A stretch of 64,000 bases of DNA from Blastocystis sp. Blastoise (lineage: Eukaryota; Protista; Bigyra: Opalinata). Shown here piece after piece: positions 37,067 to 54,063 of the stretch. Position numbers and translations under genes: made by a program. The DNA is taken from the NCBI GenBank assembly GCA_039096225.1, contig JBBPEB010000027.1, positions 682,001 through 746,000 on the forward strand, written 5' to 3'. The number at the start of each line of letters is the position of its first letter. Position 1 is the stretch's first letter. The notes beneath the pieces are model-generated. The model made no database searches, was not told where the DNA came from, and worked only from the letters and a program-made list of their open reading frames with translations.

Positions 37067-38163
37067 TATTAAAAATTCAGTTTAGGTTTCATTAATTCCC
37101 AGAAATGAAAAAAAATTCTTATGGCTTTTAGGAAGGGATCCTATGAAGATTATTGATTTAAATATATAGATTATAGATAGACAACATTCAATATTACATT
37201 TAGGTACATAGTATTGTTAAAAAATAGAAATGAAGAATCTCAATTATTTGTAGAATGTTGAATATCATGATATAAATCCATGTACAGGCTATTAAAAAAC
37301 GTATGAAATAGAAAAACTTGCTGCAAGTAGTTAAAAACTATTCTTGAAATGAATATTTTTTGTCTGATTTTTAGTTATAGAATTGTTTGGTGTGTTGCAA
37401 TAATACTGTATTGAAAATGACAGATATGGAATAATAATTTTTATAGTTTTAGGACGAATTATTATTGAAATTATAAGCACGTGATCATTATATACATCAT
37501 TTAGCACATGCATATAAATAGACAATCCGAATTCATACTCATGAATATGATAATATATTGTATCTCAATGATTGTATACTGAATACAGTGATTTCATCAA
37601 GATAAAAGGTGATAATATATTGTTTAGTAGTTAAACAAATTTGAATAACGACAGTAACGCAATAATGATGATATTTGAACGAGATCAATTCTTAAAAGAA
37701 ATAAAAATAAAAATATCTTATATTTCTTATGCGAAAAAGGCGAATAAAAGCAATTCCTCAGTTCAATAAATGCTATTACTATTCTCCTTTACTGTGAGAA
37801 TATTATCCACAGATATAATTACTTTTCGAATTAATTCATATGCTGCAATTTTATTACATATATATCTAAATTGATATATACTCAAGTAAAACAACATAAT
37901 ATAGCAACGTAGGCACAAAGAAAAGAAACGAAATATGAATGTTTTTTACTATCACGGGAATTTTTGATTGTGAATTTGACTTATTGTTTCTTTATTGTTT
38001 ACTATTGATATTTATTTGACTTTTATTTGTGCTAAATATCTTGCATAATAATTGTGAGGTATAATTAAAGAAATTGGATTCATCATTATTGAAAGAATTA
38101 TCTTCTTGTCACATTTTTTCAAGTATTCCTTCTTCTTTACTTTCTTTTGATAATCTTCCATCT

Positions 38164-39030
38164 ATGGCATTGATGGGAGAGAAGGATGAAGATATTTGTA
38201 TTTTTTTAAATACTATTTTTAGATCATTTCTTGATAGATACTTTTGAGTTTCAAGATGGTGCGAAGGTAGAAGTGCGTAAAGGTCTATTAAAGAAGTACC
38301 CATTATGTGAATTGAATGAAATAACAAAGCATAATGAGAATTGTACAAGTGATGGTTGTACTTTTTCTGTTAATCGTTCTGTGAATAAAGTTCCTTTGAT
38401 GATACGATATATGGAAGGTTTTGTGTCTAGTTTGGAATTGATTGATCCAAATACGTTGCTAGAATTATACAAAGATTTATTATATTATAATAAGGCTTAT
38501 CAGAAAGAATTAATTAATTATGTTTTATCAGTTATTAAAACATCCTTATTTAATTGTATCAAGACATCAAATGACGAACTACGCGTTGTCCGTACATATA
38601 TGGATGACGAAGGCCTGCATCATCTCCAATGGGTTCAAAAGATCTCTTATTCACATCAAATCAACTTTAACGAAACTTATGGATTATTTCATTATGGTAT
38701 ATATATATATATGGTTGTATGTATAAATCTATTTACATATATATGGTTGTATGTATGAATCTATTTATATATATATATTTATATATATATATATATATAT
38801 ATGTAGGATGTCCTAAGAGACGTTATTGTGATATAATTGAGAAATATCGAGGCTTACTCAATCTTCTAACTATATCTGTCTTTCATATAGACTGTAAATA
38901 TATAGACTATATATGTATATATACTATATATATATATAGTATATCTTGCAGATGTAGAGAATGACTATACGCATATAATTAATAAGAAGATGTATACTCT
39001 TATTCAATCCCTACTCTATATAGATATTGA

Positions 39031-39087
<57 letters not shown>

Positions 39088-39331
39088 GATTAGTAATCTA
39101 TGAGCAACAGCGTAAGATCGGTATTGACACGATAAAAATATTTATGTATGTACCAAGAAACATATCCACTATCAAATATGGTATATATATATATTATATT
39201 ATATTATTATTATTATTATTATTCTGTTTATTATTATTATATTTATTTTTATTATTATTATTATGTTTATTATATTTATTATTATTATATATTTCAGAGA
39301 GTCCTTCTACAGTCAAAGTCGATTCTATTGA

Positions 39332-39378
<47 letters not shown>

Positions 39379-39837
39379 GATTTATTTTAGATTATCCCAT
39401 GTTGAGAATACAGAAGTTTTCAGCTTTATTCTGAAGAATCCTTATTTATATGAAATAGAAGAAATTGTTCCTGGTATATATCTATCTATCTATCTATATA
39501 TCTAAGTATCTATATATCTAAATATCTATCTATCTATATATCTATATATACTTCTTTAGGAGATATATCGGATTCTGTTCGTCAGGCTATATTTAAGATG
39601 TATAATGAATTAGATGATTCATTCTTCACCTCTTTTAATGTCTCCAGTATATATATATATATATATATATTAATATTATTATATATGATAACTAATAATA
39701 TTATTATATATGATTGCTTTATTAATTCTGTTCCTAGATTGTGTTCCAGGAGGAAAGGGATTCAACGATTTCTTAAAGATATTGGATGGCTTAAATTTAA
39801 AGAGATTTACAACTCTGAATATGTCAAGTATATATGT

Positions 39838-39896
<59 letters not shown>

Positions 39897-40421
39897 TAAT
39901 GATTGGACCCCTTATCATTTGAATACCTTATTTCAGCATTTATTAAGCAAGAACCTCAAGGGGTGTCAAGAACTCAATCTCTCAGGTAATGTATTTCATT
40001 CTGACGGATTCAAATCCTTCGCGTCACTACTGACTGCCAATCGAAACTTTCGATTCCATACATTATATTTAAGAGATGTTTCGTTCTCCAGTCAGTATTC
40101 CATGACTCCTTTGATTTCACTGTGTAAACAGCCTGACGGACTACAACTAGATCTATTAGATATATCCAGTATATATATATATATATGATTAATACTCTTT
40201 CTTATATATAGATAATATCGGTATTGATTCAGCCTTGAAAGATCTTTCTGAAAGTTCTGAAGTCGATAAAACACCGTGTGTCAAGAAAATTATATGCAAC
40301 AGTATATATATATGTATATATATATATATATAGATTGTTTCAATGGTTCTTCCTTTACTCTATATTCACAGTATATCAGTTCTACTTCAGCATTTCACTC
40401 CTCATCATTCCACTATATAAG

Positions 40422-40469
<48 letters not shown>

Positions 40470-40577
40470 TATATATATATATATAGAGGATAATAAAGAT
40501 ACAGATCTCCTTGTTTCTTTCCCTCGTCTTTTGGACGCGGGAACATTCTATGAACTGGAAGTCTTAAGTTTATCAGG

Positions 40578-40648
<71 letters not shown>

Positions 40649-41653
40649 ATATGGGTTATATGATTCTGATGTGCTATCGCTGTTGACGACGTTGAATAAA
40701 CAATATATGCCCAAACTAAATACACTAGATCTATCCTATAATAATATTACGGGTATTGGTTTGAAGGAGTTATTTATTCATATTCAACAGAAGGAGTTAC
40801 TTTCATTAACAGAACTTTATTTACATGGGAATGCTAATATATCTTCTGGTTCATATATATATATATTTAATGGTCTCACTGCACCAATAGCTCCATATTT
40901 ACGGACACTGACTCTCTATGGTATATATGTTACTATATATAATTACTATATATAATTACTATATATAATTACTATATATATATAACTATATATATATATT
41001 TATATATATAGAGAATCATATTGGGGATGACGGCTTCATTGCTTACTTGGCAGGAACACAAAAACACAATCTCCCAATGTTAACGACTCTTAATTTTTCT
41101 CGTACATATATATATATATAAGTAAATAGGACTATATATAAGTATATAACTATATATATAGGATGTGATATAACAGATAGTTCATTCGTTCTTCTTATTA
41201 GTGTACTACAGAATGGACTCCTTGAGTATCTAGACACACTTATACTTAGCAGTATATATATATATATATATATATATTCTAGACCATGTATTCTTTACAC
41301 TTTTATTATATATTCAGATTATACACTTTTATTATATATTTATATTAAATATTTATGTAGACTAGTATCTCTTTATATATATATATTACTATTCTTTCTA
41401 TATATATAGATAATATGTTTTCCTTTCCCGCCTGTCAGTCCCTCCTTTCGGCTATAAACAAACAACAGATCCCTCATCTAAACTATCTAGATATAAGAAG
41501 TATATATATATATATATCATAGTATCTATTCAATATATATATATATTTCTTTATATAGATATACACTTATCACCATCAGAAAAACGAGAGTTTTCCCGCC
41601 AAATCGAGTCATGCTCATTATTTCAACGCGGGCTCCTCCATTATAGTGTATAG
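38164..41653 (+). CDS. BTB/KCTD-like N-terminus plus RI-like LRR protein, about 18 exons; paralogue of 7952-12046
   Basis: FEFQDGAKVEVRKGLLKKYPLCEL; LRRs CQELNLSGN, LNTLDLSYNNITGIG, LRTLTLYENHIGDDG; 17 GT-AG introns. Confidence 0.8.
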
Positions 41654-41655
41654 CA

Positions 41656-41687
<32 letters not shown>

Positions 41688-42680
41688 AATCATTTTTATC
41701 TTTGTCTTCATCTTCTCTATTCTATATACATATAATTTATTATTTGCTTTTCTTTTTCTTATTAAATATATGTATACATGTATATTAATAATAATGGAAT
41801 TATCATAAATTAATATTTCATTTTTCTTTTCATTTCTTCCTCTTTCTCTCTCGTGTCTTTTCTCTCTCTTTTTTCCTTTTGTTAATATCAATTCCCTTTA
41901 TTTATTAGTATTAATAATAGTACTATTAATACTATTTCTTCTTTTCCTCATTTCTTCATTTTGTAATTTATATATATATATATATATTATTGATCAGCAA
42001 CAAATTTTTAGCTTTTCTTTTTTTTTTGATTTTCTATTGTTATTTATATATATACATATATATTTTTTTATATTTCTTGTTCCGTTTTCTAAATACTATT
42101 TCTTTGTTTTCTTTTATTCTTCTCTCTTTCTATATATATATATATACCCTGACACTATTGGATTCTTAGATTCTGAACTGGAAACTCTTCACATTGTCAT
42201 CTACTTCCTATATAATATTTCATATATATTATATATATATTTCTTATTATTTATCTTATAGTTTTGTTATTCTTTTAACAATAATAGTTATACGTAATAA
42301 AACTATTTTTATAACTATTTATTTAAATATATGTTCCTTTTATAAGAATATATCTATGCTTCCAGAGTAATAGTATTATAGATATATATAATACTATAAA
42401 TAATAACATTTTGGGCTGAATAAACCTTATTAGTCTTTGTATATATATACAGGAGTATATTATTCTTTAAATTTGTATTCATTGTTAAAGGATTAAGTCA
42501 AATAGTAATATATTATTATATATACCAAAGTTTAATATATCCAACAAGTAAACTACAGTCTCTTGATGTTAATAGACATATATATAAAACAATATTCTGA
42601 TAAACACAACTACATATATAGTTGAACAACAAGCTTTAGAAAACATATATATAGGTATATTTAAAATTGATAATAAATAA

Positions 42681-43760
42681 CTAGAAGGACATATCTTTTG
42701 TCCAATAATCTTTGTGGTTTATAAAAAATAACCTAGTTATTTCAGATCTTTGTACGAAACATTCTTTATACGCACGGATAACAGCGTCCGAAATAGTGTT
42801 ATTATAGAGTCGGAAATCTTTCATATTTTGGCAATTCCCACGAGAAAATGATACAAGTAAGTATTTTGCTCCTTGGTCTGTAATTTCATTTTTGAATAGA
42901 GACAGTTTCTTGAGGTTAGGAAGAAGGTCGTAGAATAGACATATAGCGAGAGACAAACAACCTTCATCTCCTATATGATTCCCTCCTAATTCGATAAGTT
43001 CCATATTCTTATATATATATATATATAACGAGGAGTAGATCAATCCCCTACAGAGAGAGTCCATCCCCCTACCTCCAATGTTACTACCTATATTTATATA
43101 TATATATATATGTATAGCCATATTAAAATGTGAGCAAATCAATAATATATATATAATAAACATATTATAATATTAAAAGTACTATATATAATTACTGTAT
43201 ATTTGAAAGTCTTTGAGAAGTGGCATCCCGGAGTGTTTCAGTAAATTGCCCATGACGACGCCTCCGTCATCATCCAACGGATTCACTATATACATATATA
43301 TATGGTAATATACATATATATATATACAACCACAACTGAATATTTCTATATCTTTTCCATGAGTTTTCTCTATATAGAATTATATATAAATATAACTATA
43401 TATATATAATTGTTATTATTATATAATATACTGGGAACTTTATTGGATCGGATTCCCATAAAAACACAATTCCACTTCTCCAGTTTCTCCACTTCTTCTT
43501 TTTCAATAATACGGTTATCTATTGTCTTTTTTATATATAAAATAGTATCTCTCTCTACTTCTGTTTGATTGGATAGATCTAATGTATCAATATCGACGTC
43601 GTGAGGGATCTTTAAGGGATCTGTTGGCTGAAACGCGTCACAAACGGCGGCCAAACCCTTATATGTAAACTTATTATCTATATAAATATATAAGTATATA
43701 TATATATATATATATATAGACATACTATAGACCTGTAATTCTTTCAATTTATCGAAGACA

Positions 43761-43808
<48 letters not shown>

Positions 43809-43856
43809 GAGTAATACAGTTTCCAAGCACATATCCTCCAACATCGCAGATTTGGT

Positions 43857-43939
<83 letters not shown>

Positions 43940-44025
43940 CAATGTTGAATATAGTTAATTGATTATAGAAGAAGATGGAGAGAATATAGAGAAGATAGAT
44001 AGATCCCTCTGTATATATCTGATTA

Positions 44026-44077
<52 letters not shown>

Positions 44078-44517
44078 AGAGTTCAATATCTTTTAAATCT
44101 TTGAATATATTATTATTATTCATTCGTTTCTTCTCTTCTCCGTCTTGCTTTCTATATATATATATATAGTAATTGATAATCTATAAGAGTAATAATAATT
44201 CTTATAATACTTTTAAATAACTAAATATATATAAACATTCTAATAGTTATAATGACTATATATACTTATTGTCCTGTTTATCTATAAACATCGGTAAATA
44301 TTGAGTATACCCTCTCTTTGATTCTTGAAGGATCCCCGCGAATATATACATACCTTCAGCTCCTAATTCCTTTACTATAATAGTAATAATAATAATATAT
44401 ATATATATACATATATACATCCGATATCTAGTTTTACACATTTATCTTTTTGTGATTTCTTCTTTGATGGGTATTTAGTGATAGCAGAATTATTATTATT
44501 ATTATTATTATCAGATA

Positions 44518-44550
<33 letters not shown>

Positions 44551-45159
44551 CATTATTATTATTATTATTATTAATAGTAGTAGTTGTAATATCGTTACTA
44601 TTGTGAGTATTATTACTCTGTATATATGTAGAAACAGGTGTAGATGGAGATATAGGTGTATTATCGGTTATATATTTATATCCGTATTTATCAAATAACG
44701 CAGTGAGAAATTGAACGGATAATGGTCGCATATATATACTCCAGAATTGATTTCCATCAAGAATAAGATGAGGAACAGATGAAATGACAGTTTTAAGCAA
44801 AATCTCTGAAGAAGAAGAGAATTGACTTCCTATATATATATAATATTAATAAAAAAGAGAAGAGGACATTATTGAATAATATATATATATAACATACTGT
44901 ATAGTTTAATAATTCGGAGGGAACGTTTGGCGGGATCTTTAAGTGAGGTGCAAAGAGACCCACAAAAGGAATCCGACAGCGAAAGATCTAATATATAATA
45001 TATAATATATAATATATAATATATAATATATAATATATAATATATAATATATAATATATAATATATAATATATAATATATATACAGGATAAATCAATGAT
45101 AGTATATTGACTATTAGATGACAGCAACTGCGTCATTTCATCTTCTGACTTTCCTAGCC

Positions 45160-45198
<39 letters not shown>

Positions 45199-45878
45199 TA
45201 TTAATAAATTTATATACCCGTAAAAACTTCAAATTGATAATATTCCTATGTAACTATATATAATGATAAAAATATATAAATATACATAGTTTTCATTCTC
45301 ACGGTAAATATCAATAGTCACCTCAGACTCATCTTCAATATATAATAAGCTAAAACGTAAATAATTCTCATCTCCTCGAGTTCTATCATATAATACCTTT
45401 CCTTTGTATATATAGACCAAGTCACTTCTGCAAATATCAGAATGAACTGTTCGAATATCCTATACGAAAACAACATAGAATAAGATGAGTAACATTTTTA
45501 CTTCAACAACATGATTAATAAAGATTTCTTGTCCTATATAGTCATTAGCATGAAATGATTCAGTTTGATTCTGAAAATGGAAAGAAAAAGTGTGTAATTG
45601 AAAGCATTGTCTCATTTCTATTTTCGTATAACCATTCTTTAAGCATTCACTAATTATTTGATGATCTAAGACCTCAGTTTCATCGACATATACGCTTTGT
45701 TTGTTCTCCCAGATTGTTGTTTTATCCTATATAAATATATTGATATTGTTTATTGAATAATTTGATTACTCTTATAGCTTTTTTAAAGTCATTAATCGAT
45801 AATGAATCATCAATTTCAATTTCATAAGGTTGATTGTTGTGAATAAAAGGAATCTTAATAGTACACATAACTACCTAC
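42681..45878 (-). CDS. Two ubiquitin-like domains plus RI-like LRR protein, about 16 exons
   Basis: [46 protein letters not shown]; [21 protein letters not shown]; LRRs [25 protein letters not shown]. One junction is 1 nt off GT-AG (see findings). Confidence 0.75.
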
Positions 45879-46226
45879 AATATATTGAACGTAAAAAAGA
45901 ATTAATTACGATTATTCATAAAAAGAAAAAGAAGTGTGTTCTTTTATTGGTTGTAAAATTATTTCTTTTAAAATTTCTTATTTCTTTTTCCTTCAACTAT
46001 ATTTTGTTGATGCATTAGTTCTATCTAGACTCATTTACATTAATATATATGTATTCACATTCAGTAAGTCGATTTTATAATTCTGTATTATATTTGAGAT
46101 TTATGTTCTGTTACATTTGTTCATTTTATAGATAATCAGCTATGTTCAGATTCAAAAAACAATATTAACAAAACAATTATAAATATAAGCAAGCTAAAAC
46201 ACAGAATATAATACAACTAAAACAAA

Positions 46227-47593
46227 TTACTTTTGATATTCTTCATAATATCGTTTACCTTCTTCATCAATATGATCTAAATAGAATGTATTCGCTATTT
46301 TAGGGCCATTGAATTGTGGATAGAAAGGGAATTGACCATATTGTTTTTCATGAAGCGAACATAATGTGTTGAATTCAGGAACAGTAATATCGATATGATT
46401 CGTATCTAGATAACTTAATATATTTGTAAATAGAGGAAGGCTATTCACTTTTATGGAATACATAGTACTGCTACATCCACTTCCGTAACTATACATAAGA
46501 ATTTTCTTTCCTATTAAATTAGATTGTTCTGAAGAGAGTAAAGATAACAGATTGACATAAACAGCAGCTGTATAACCGCTTCCAATTTGTTTACATGCTA
46601 AGGTGCTTGGCTCTACTTTCTTCGTAAACATTTGTTGCTTTTCCTTTAGATTCAATGTAGATTGTTCTTCTTTACATAATAAATTGAATCCTCGTTTAAT
46701 TAAATAAACACTGGTGCAATGAAAAATAAAATAATCAAATTGATTCAATAAGAGGTCCTGTATTCCTTGTTGACTTTGTTTCGCTTTGAATCCACGAATA
46801 CAACTAGTAATAGCATTCTGATAGCAATCTACAGAAATAGGACCATTAAATACAGGAGCAGCTTCATGCCAACCTACAGGTTTATAGAAATCCCATGTTG
46901 AATTCATATAGGAATAACGAGTAGATTCAATTGATAGAGGAGCATTAGGACCAATAAGCATACAAATACAAGCAGAGCCATTCATAAAACGGAATGTTTC
47001 TTGTAGTTCAGCTATATCACAAGCAATAACTAAAGCGTAACGACCATCCCAAGCACTACTTTCTATCCAAGAAATACTATTTAATAAAGCAGCAGTACCT
47101 CCATAACAAGCAGTATAAACATCAACACCTTCAATATTCGTATTTCCTTCTTTTTCAAAAAGACTCATTAAATATGTTTTAATGGATTTACTACGATCAG
47201 GCATACTTTCTGTACCTACTTCTAAGCGACCAATATCCTGATATCGAATATTATACTTCTTCATCATACGAGTAAGACAAGTCATAGCCATACTAACAGC
47301 ATCTTCATTATCACCACAGAAAGCTATACGTTCTTGACCTAAACCTTTAGTATATTTTCCTTCACATTGCTTATACACTTCATATTCACTTTGTTTTACA
47401 GTATAGGGAGGAATGTAGCAGTCCATTGCAAGAATACCAACATTTTGAGGTCTTGAGAAATTATGTTGAATAGAAGCCGATATGGAACGTAGAATTCGTT
47501 TTCTTTCTTCGTAAGATATAGTTTGACTAAAGAGGGTATAAAATGATAAATAACAAATAAATATATGATTCACTAGGTATCATACTTTGACAT
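46227..47593 (-). CDS. HMGCS: Hydroxymethylglutaryl-CoA synthase-like protein (eukaryotic type, divergent), 2 exons
   Basis: ATGTCAAA exon at 47593-47586, intron 47585-47527, then RPQNVGI, GKYTKGLGQ, IGRLEVGTES.DRSKSIK, ACYGGTAALLN..WIESSAWDGRYALV, DFYKP, SYGSG. Confidence 0.92.
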
Positions 47594-48413
47594 GTTGTTC
47601 AAGTGCAATAAAATAGTTGTTCGAGAGTAAAAATATGTATAGAAATGATTTATTTAAGAAATAGTACAATTCACTGATGGAAATGTAAATGAATGAGAAA
47701 TGAAATTTTCTATATAAATTAAAGAAATATGAGAGCCAGAGAGAATATAAAGCAAAAGAAGTCATTATAGGTAAGATTGGAAGAAGAACATGAATACAGA
47801 GGAGATATTAAAACAGAAAAGAAGCTGGAATATCGATTATGTTTTTTCCCTGAAATTGTCCAATCAAAACAGGGTTAGCAGAAAAAAGTGACGTATCAAA
47901 GACGTCTTTTTCGTTTTTTGATGACGTTTTGTTGTTGTTTTTTAATATGCAAGAGGAGACTCACAAAACAGAAATGATTTCACAATCAAAATAAACCAGA
48001 AGTAAAGCTGTGTTACAAACATTATAGTAGAGGAAATAATAAAAGTCAAATGAAAAAATCACTCAAGTTAGTCGAAAAATAGGACTCATTATCACTGATG
48101 TTTTTTTTTTGTGAGATGAAATGAAAATAAATGAAGGATTTACATGTTTCATTTAGTGAATATAAGTTAAGTATGTTGGTTAAAAGGAATCTTTCATTTA
48201 AAATCTGAAAAAATATGATGTTCGTGTAAAAATTGAGTTTATGAATAATGAAAGACTAAACTTAAGATTATAATTAACTACAAGTAAATACATAATTCAA
48301 ATAGAATGACTACAATAATAAAAAGAGGATACGAATTAGAAAAAAAGAAAAGAAATTACAAAAAAATAAGTACATCTACAAAAATAAAAGAATAAAAAAA
48401 AAGATCATCAGAT

Positions 48414-50458
<2,045 letters not shown>

Positions 50459-51189
50459 GAGTTTCTTTTAAACGATAAACACGCTTTAGATCTAAAATAT
50501 ATACAAATTAATATCTATACCTAACAACAATAAAAAATAGAGTTGGTTTCTTTCTCCCGTGAAAAACAAACTGTCTTTACGGAGTCTTTAAAAAAAATCA
50601 AATAAAAAGATTCTTTGACCTTGTTGATTCATCAATTGTTGAACGAATTTTTTTCTATGAAACCATTCTTTTATTAGACATTATAAAAGGTAACTTGCTT
50701 TTCAATTGGATTTATAAATTTTACATATTTATCTTTATTGAATCAAACTTTGTTTGTTGACTTGACAAAAGAATTCATCATAAAAGTGTTTAATTTTTAA
50801 GACTTATTATAAACATTGAAGAAATATAGAGATTGAGTGCACTATTTCATTAATTGTATTGCAAATAAAAATATCATGATAATAATGCTGATTATAATCA
50901 AATCTTCTTCATTTTATATATGACAGACATCAGGTATCTGTTGGTTAGACCGATTCAAAGGGAAAACTTTTATTCAATTGCTTATAAAATGAAAAACCTA
51001 AGATTAAACTAATAAATGACATTCTTAAATTTGTTTCACTATTATTATGAAATTTTGAGTGAAACCAGGAAGAATAACCATTAATATTTCAAAATTTGTT
51101 TCTTTCATCTGTTTTCAATATTCTTTATTATTTGGTTTGAGAAATCATTGATTTATCTATTAACCAAGATCGTTTTATAAAAATTAGAA

Positions 51190-52668
51190 ATGTCTTCATC
51201 TGTCCTTGAGAAAACCAGAGCTGTTCATGAAGATATAGAAAAATATGAACAAGCTATTGTTGAAACTCTTGATGAGAATCCCAAAACTCAAAAAGAGAAG
51301 GTTCTTCAACAGCATCGTATTGTACATTATTTAGATAAAGTTCAAGAGTGTGCTAATAATGCTATCGAGCTATATACAGATAAGGATGGGTATCTTTTGA
51401 ATGATTTTGTTTCTTTATATTTCCGTTTTTTATTATTCTATTCTATAATTTATATTTAGACTTCGTGCTAAAGAAATTGAAGATATGTCAACTGGTGATT
51501 TCTTCAAAACCTTTTATACTCGTCTTGAAGATATTCAAAAGTATTATGTCAAATATCCTGATCTTATTGAAGAACCAGTATTTTTATTTTTTACTTCACT
51601 ATTTTTTTTCAAATTGTATTATCATTCTTCTTATTGTTTTTCTTTATAGGTTCCTTTAGATGAGATTTCTGAAGAATTACCTTTTTCTGGTGAAGAATAT
51701 TGGGGTAAATATCTCGATTTACATGAATTATTTGATCTCTATGTCAATCTACCTAATATTGATAGGTATATATTCTATTTATTATGATGATTATTATTAT
51801 ATTTATTGAATGTATATATAATATTATAGATATTTATATTTAATTCTATGATAAAAATTATTCATATATGTTTTCTTATAAATATATATATAGAGTTGAT
51901 TATATTACTTATTTAAGCGTATTTTATCAGTTTGAAAATATTCCTATGAAGACAAGATGGGAATCTGTATATATATATAAATGATTTTATTATTTTAATA
52001 ATATATATATATTTTTAAATATATATATATAATTTTATTATTTTAATAATATCTATATATATTTAAATATATATAAATGACTCTATTATTTTAATAATAT
52101 CTATATATATTTTTTAAATATAGAAATACAGTCAATACATTGATAGTTTATATACATATATTCATGATTATTTCGTACGTACTCAACCTTTACTTCATTT
52201 AAATAATATGATTTCGGAATATAAACAGAAATTTGAAGAAGTCTGGACAAAAGGAGAAGTATATATATATCATATTCTTGTTATTCTATCTATATTTATT
52301 GATCTATATATATATATTATTATATTTCATATTCTTGTTATTCTATATATTTTATTTATATATTATTGTTATTATTAGTAACGTTATTGTTGATGTTAAT
52401 GTTAGTTTATTATTGATATTATTATGTATATAGCTCCCTGGTTGGACTATTTTAGTTAATAATAAACGTGATCTGTCTATATATAAATCTGTAGAAGAAA
52501 TTGAACAGTTAGGTATATATATAATATAATATAATATTAGTGTTATTTATATATGTATATAGGTTTAGAAGAATGTAAGAATATATTAACTGAATTAGGT
52601 CTTAAATGTGGGTATATATATATATATATATCTTTATATCTATATATTATATATATATTTATATATAT

Positions 52669-52752
<84 letters not shown>

Positions 52753-54063
52753 GTACAATTAAACAACGTGCTGAACGTATCTTTTCCGTTAAAGATTTGA
52801 AGGTGACAGATATTCCTTTAGAACTCTTTGCAGGTTCTAAAAAGAATAAGAAAAAGACTGTATATATATATCTTGATGTTTCTACTATAAATTATATATA
52901 TATATAATATTTATTTATTAATCATTATATATATAGGAAACAAAGGAAGAAAAGTCTTTTGAATCTCTCAAACCATTGGCTGAACAAGAATTCCTTATTT
53001 CAAGTTTGGTTCAAGAAATCAATGATGTACTTGCTAATACACAAATATATGTAGAAAAGAAATCAGTTCAAAATTATGAAGAAAGACAAGTATATATATA
53101 TATATTATTTTTTATTTATTTATTTCTATATAATGGTTTTTCTTGATGTCTTTTTCATATTTAAATATTTTCTTATTTTTATTATTAACAATAATAATAA
53201 GTATAATAATAAGGACTGTTCTTATTATAAATAGTATAATAATTATTCATATATATATATAGATGGAAGAGGAGGAGCAGGAGAAAGCTGAGGCTCAGAT
53301 CGCTCAAGTACAGGATCAGGATATAGAAGAGGAGGAAGAGGAGAATGGTGCTATTCAGAACCCCAAGAACCTCCCTCTTGGACCCGATGGGAAACCGGTT
53401 CCATTATGGCTTGTTAAATTATATATATATAGTCATTATTATTATATAATAATAATAATAATATAATTATATTATCTGTTTATATACTATTTACATTGAT
53501 GTATTTTCTATATATATATAATATTATTATTCTATATATATATAATATTATTATTCTATATATATATAATATTATTATTCTATATATATATACTTAAAAT
53601 ATCTGATTCTTTAGTTATATGGTTTAAAAGAGGAATTCCCGTGTGAAATTTGTGGTAATCAGATATATATGGGTAGACGTGCGTACGAACTTCATTTTCA
53701 AGAATTTAAACATGCTCATGGCATGAAGTGTCTAGGTATACCCAACACTAAACATTTCTTTGGTATTACTTCTATTAAAGACGCACAAAACTGTATTCAT
53801 TATATATATATATATATTATATATTATATATATTATATATATTATATTTATAATACTTATTATTATTTTAAAAATAAATTCATAAAAATAAAAATTAAAA
53901 AATATTGTTATTATTCTATATATATACTATAGTATATGCTAAGCTTCGAAATCAGATTCAGACTGAAGATTGGACTCAGGATGATGAAGAATTCGAAGAT
54001 CATGAAGGAAATATATTATCGAAAAAAACATACAACGATCTTCTTAGACAAGGTTTATTGTAA
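51190..54063 (+). CDS. SF3A3: Splicing factor 3A subunit 3 (Prp9), 11 exons
   Basis: [111 protein letters not shown]. Confidence 0.97.

Noticed and set aside
50459-51189. Divergent V-ATPase H / SF3A3 gene pair as a co-regulated system
   Set aside because: Head-to-head spacing of this size is ordinary in compact genomes, and there is no functional link.
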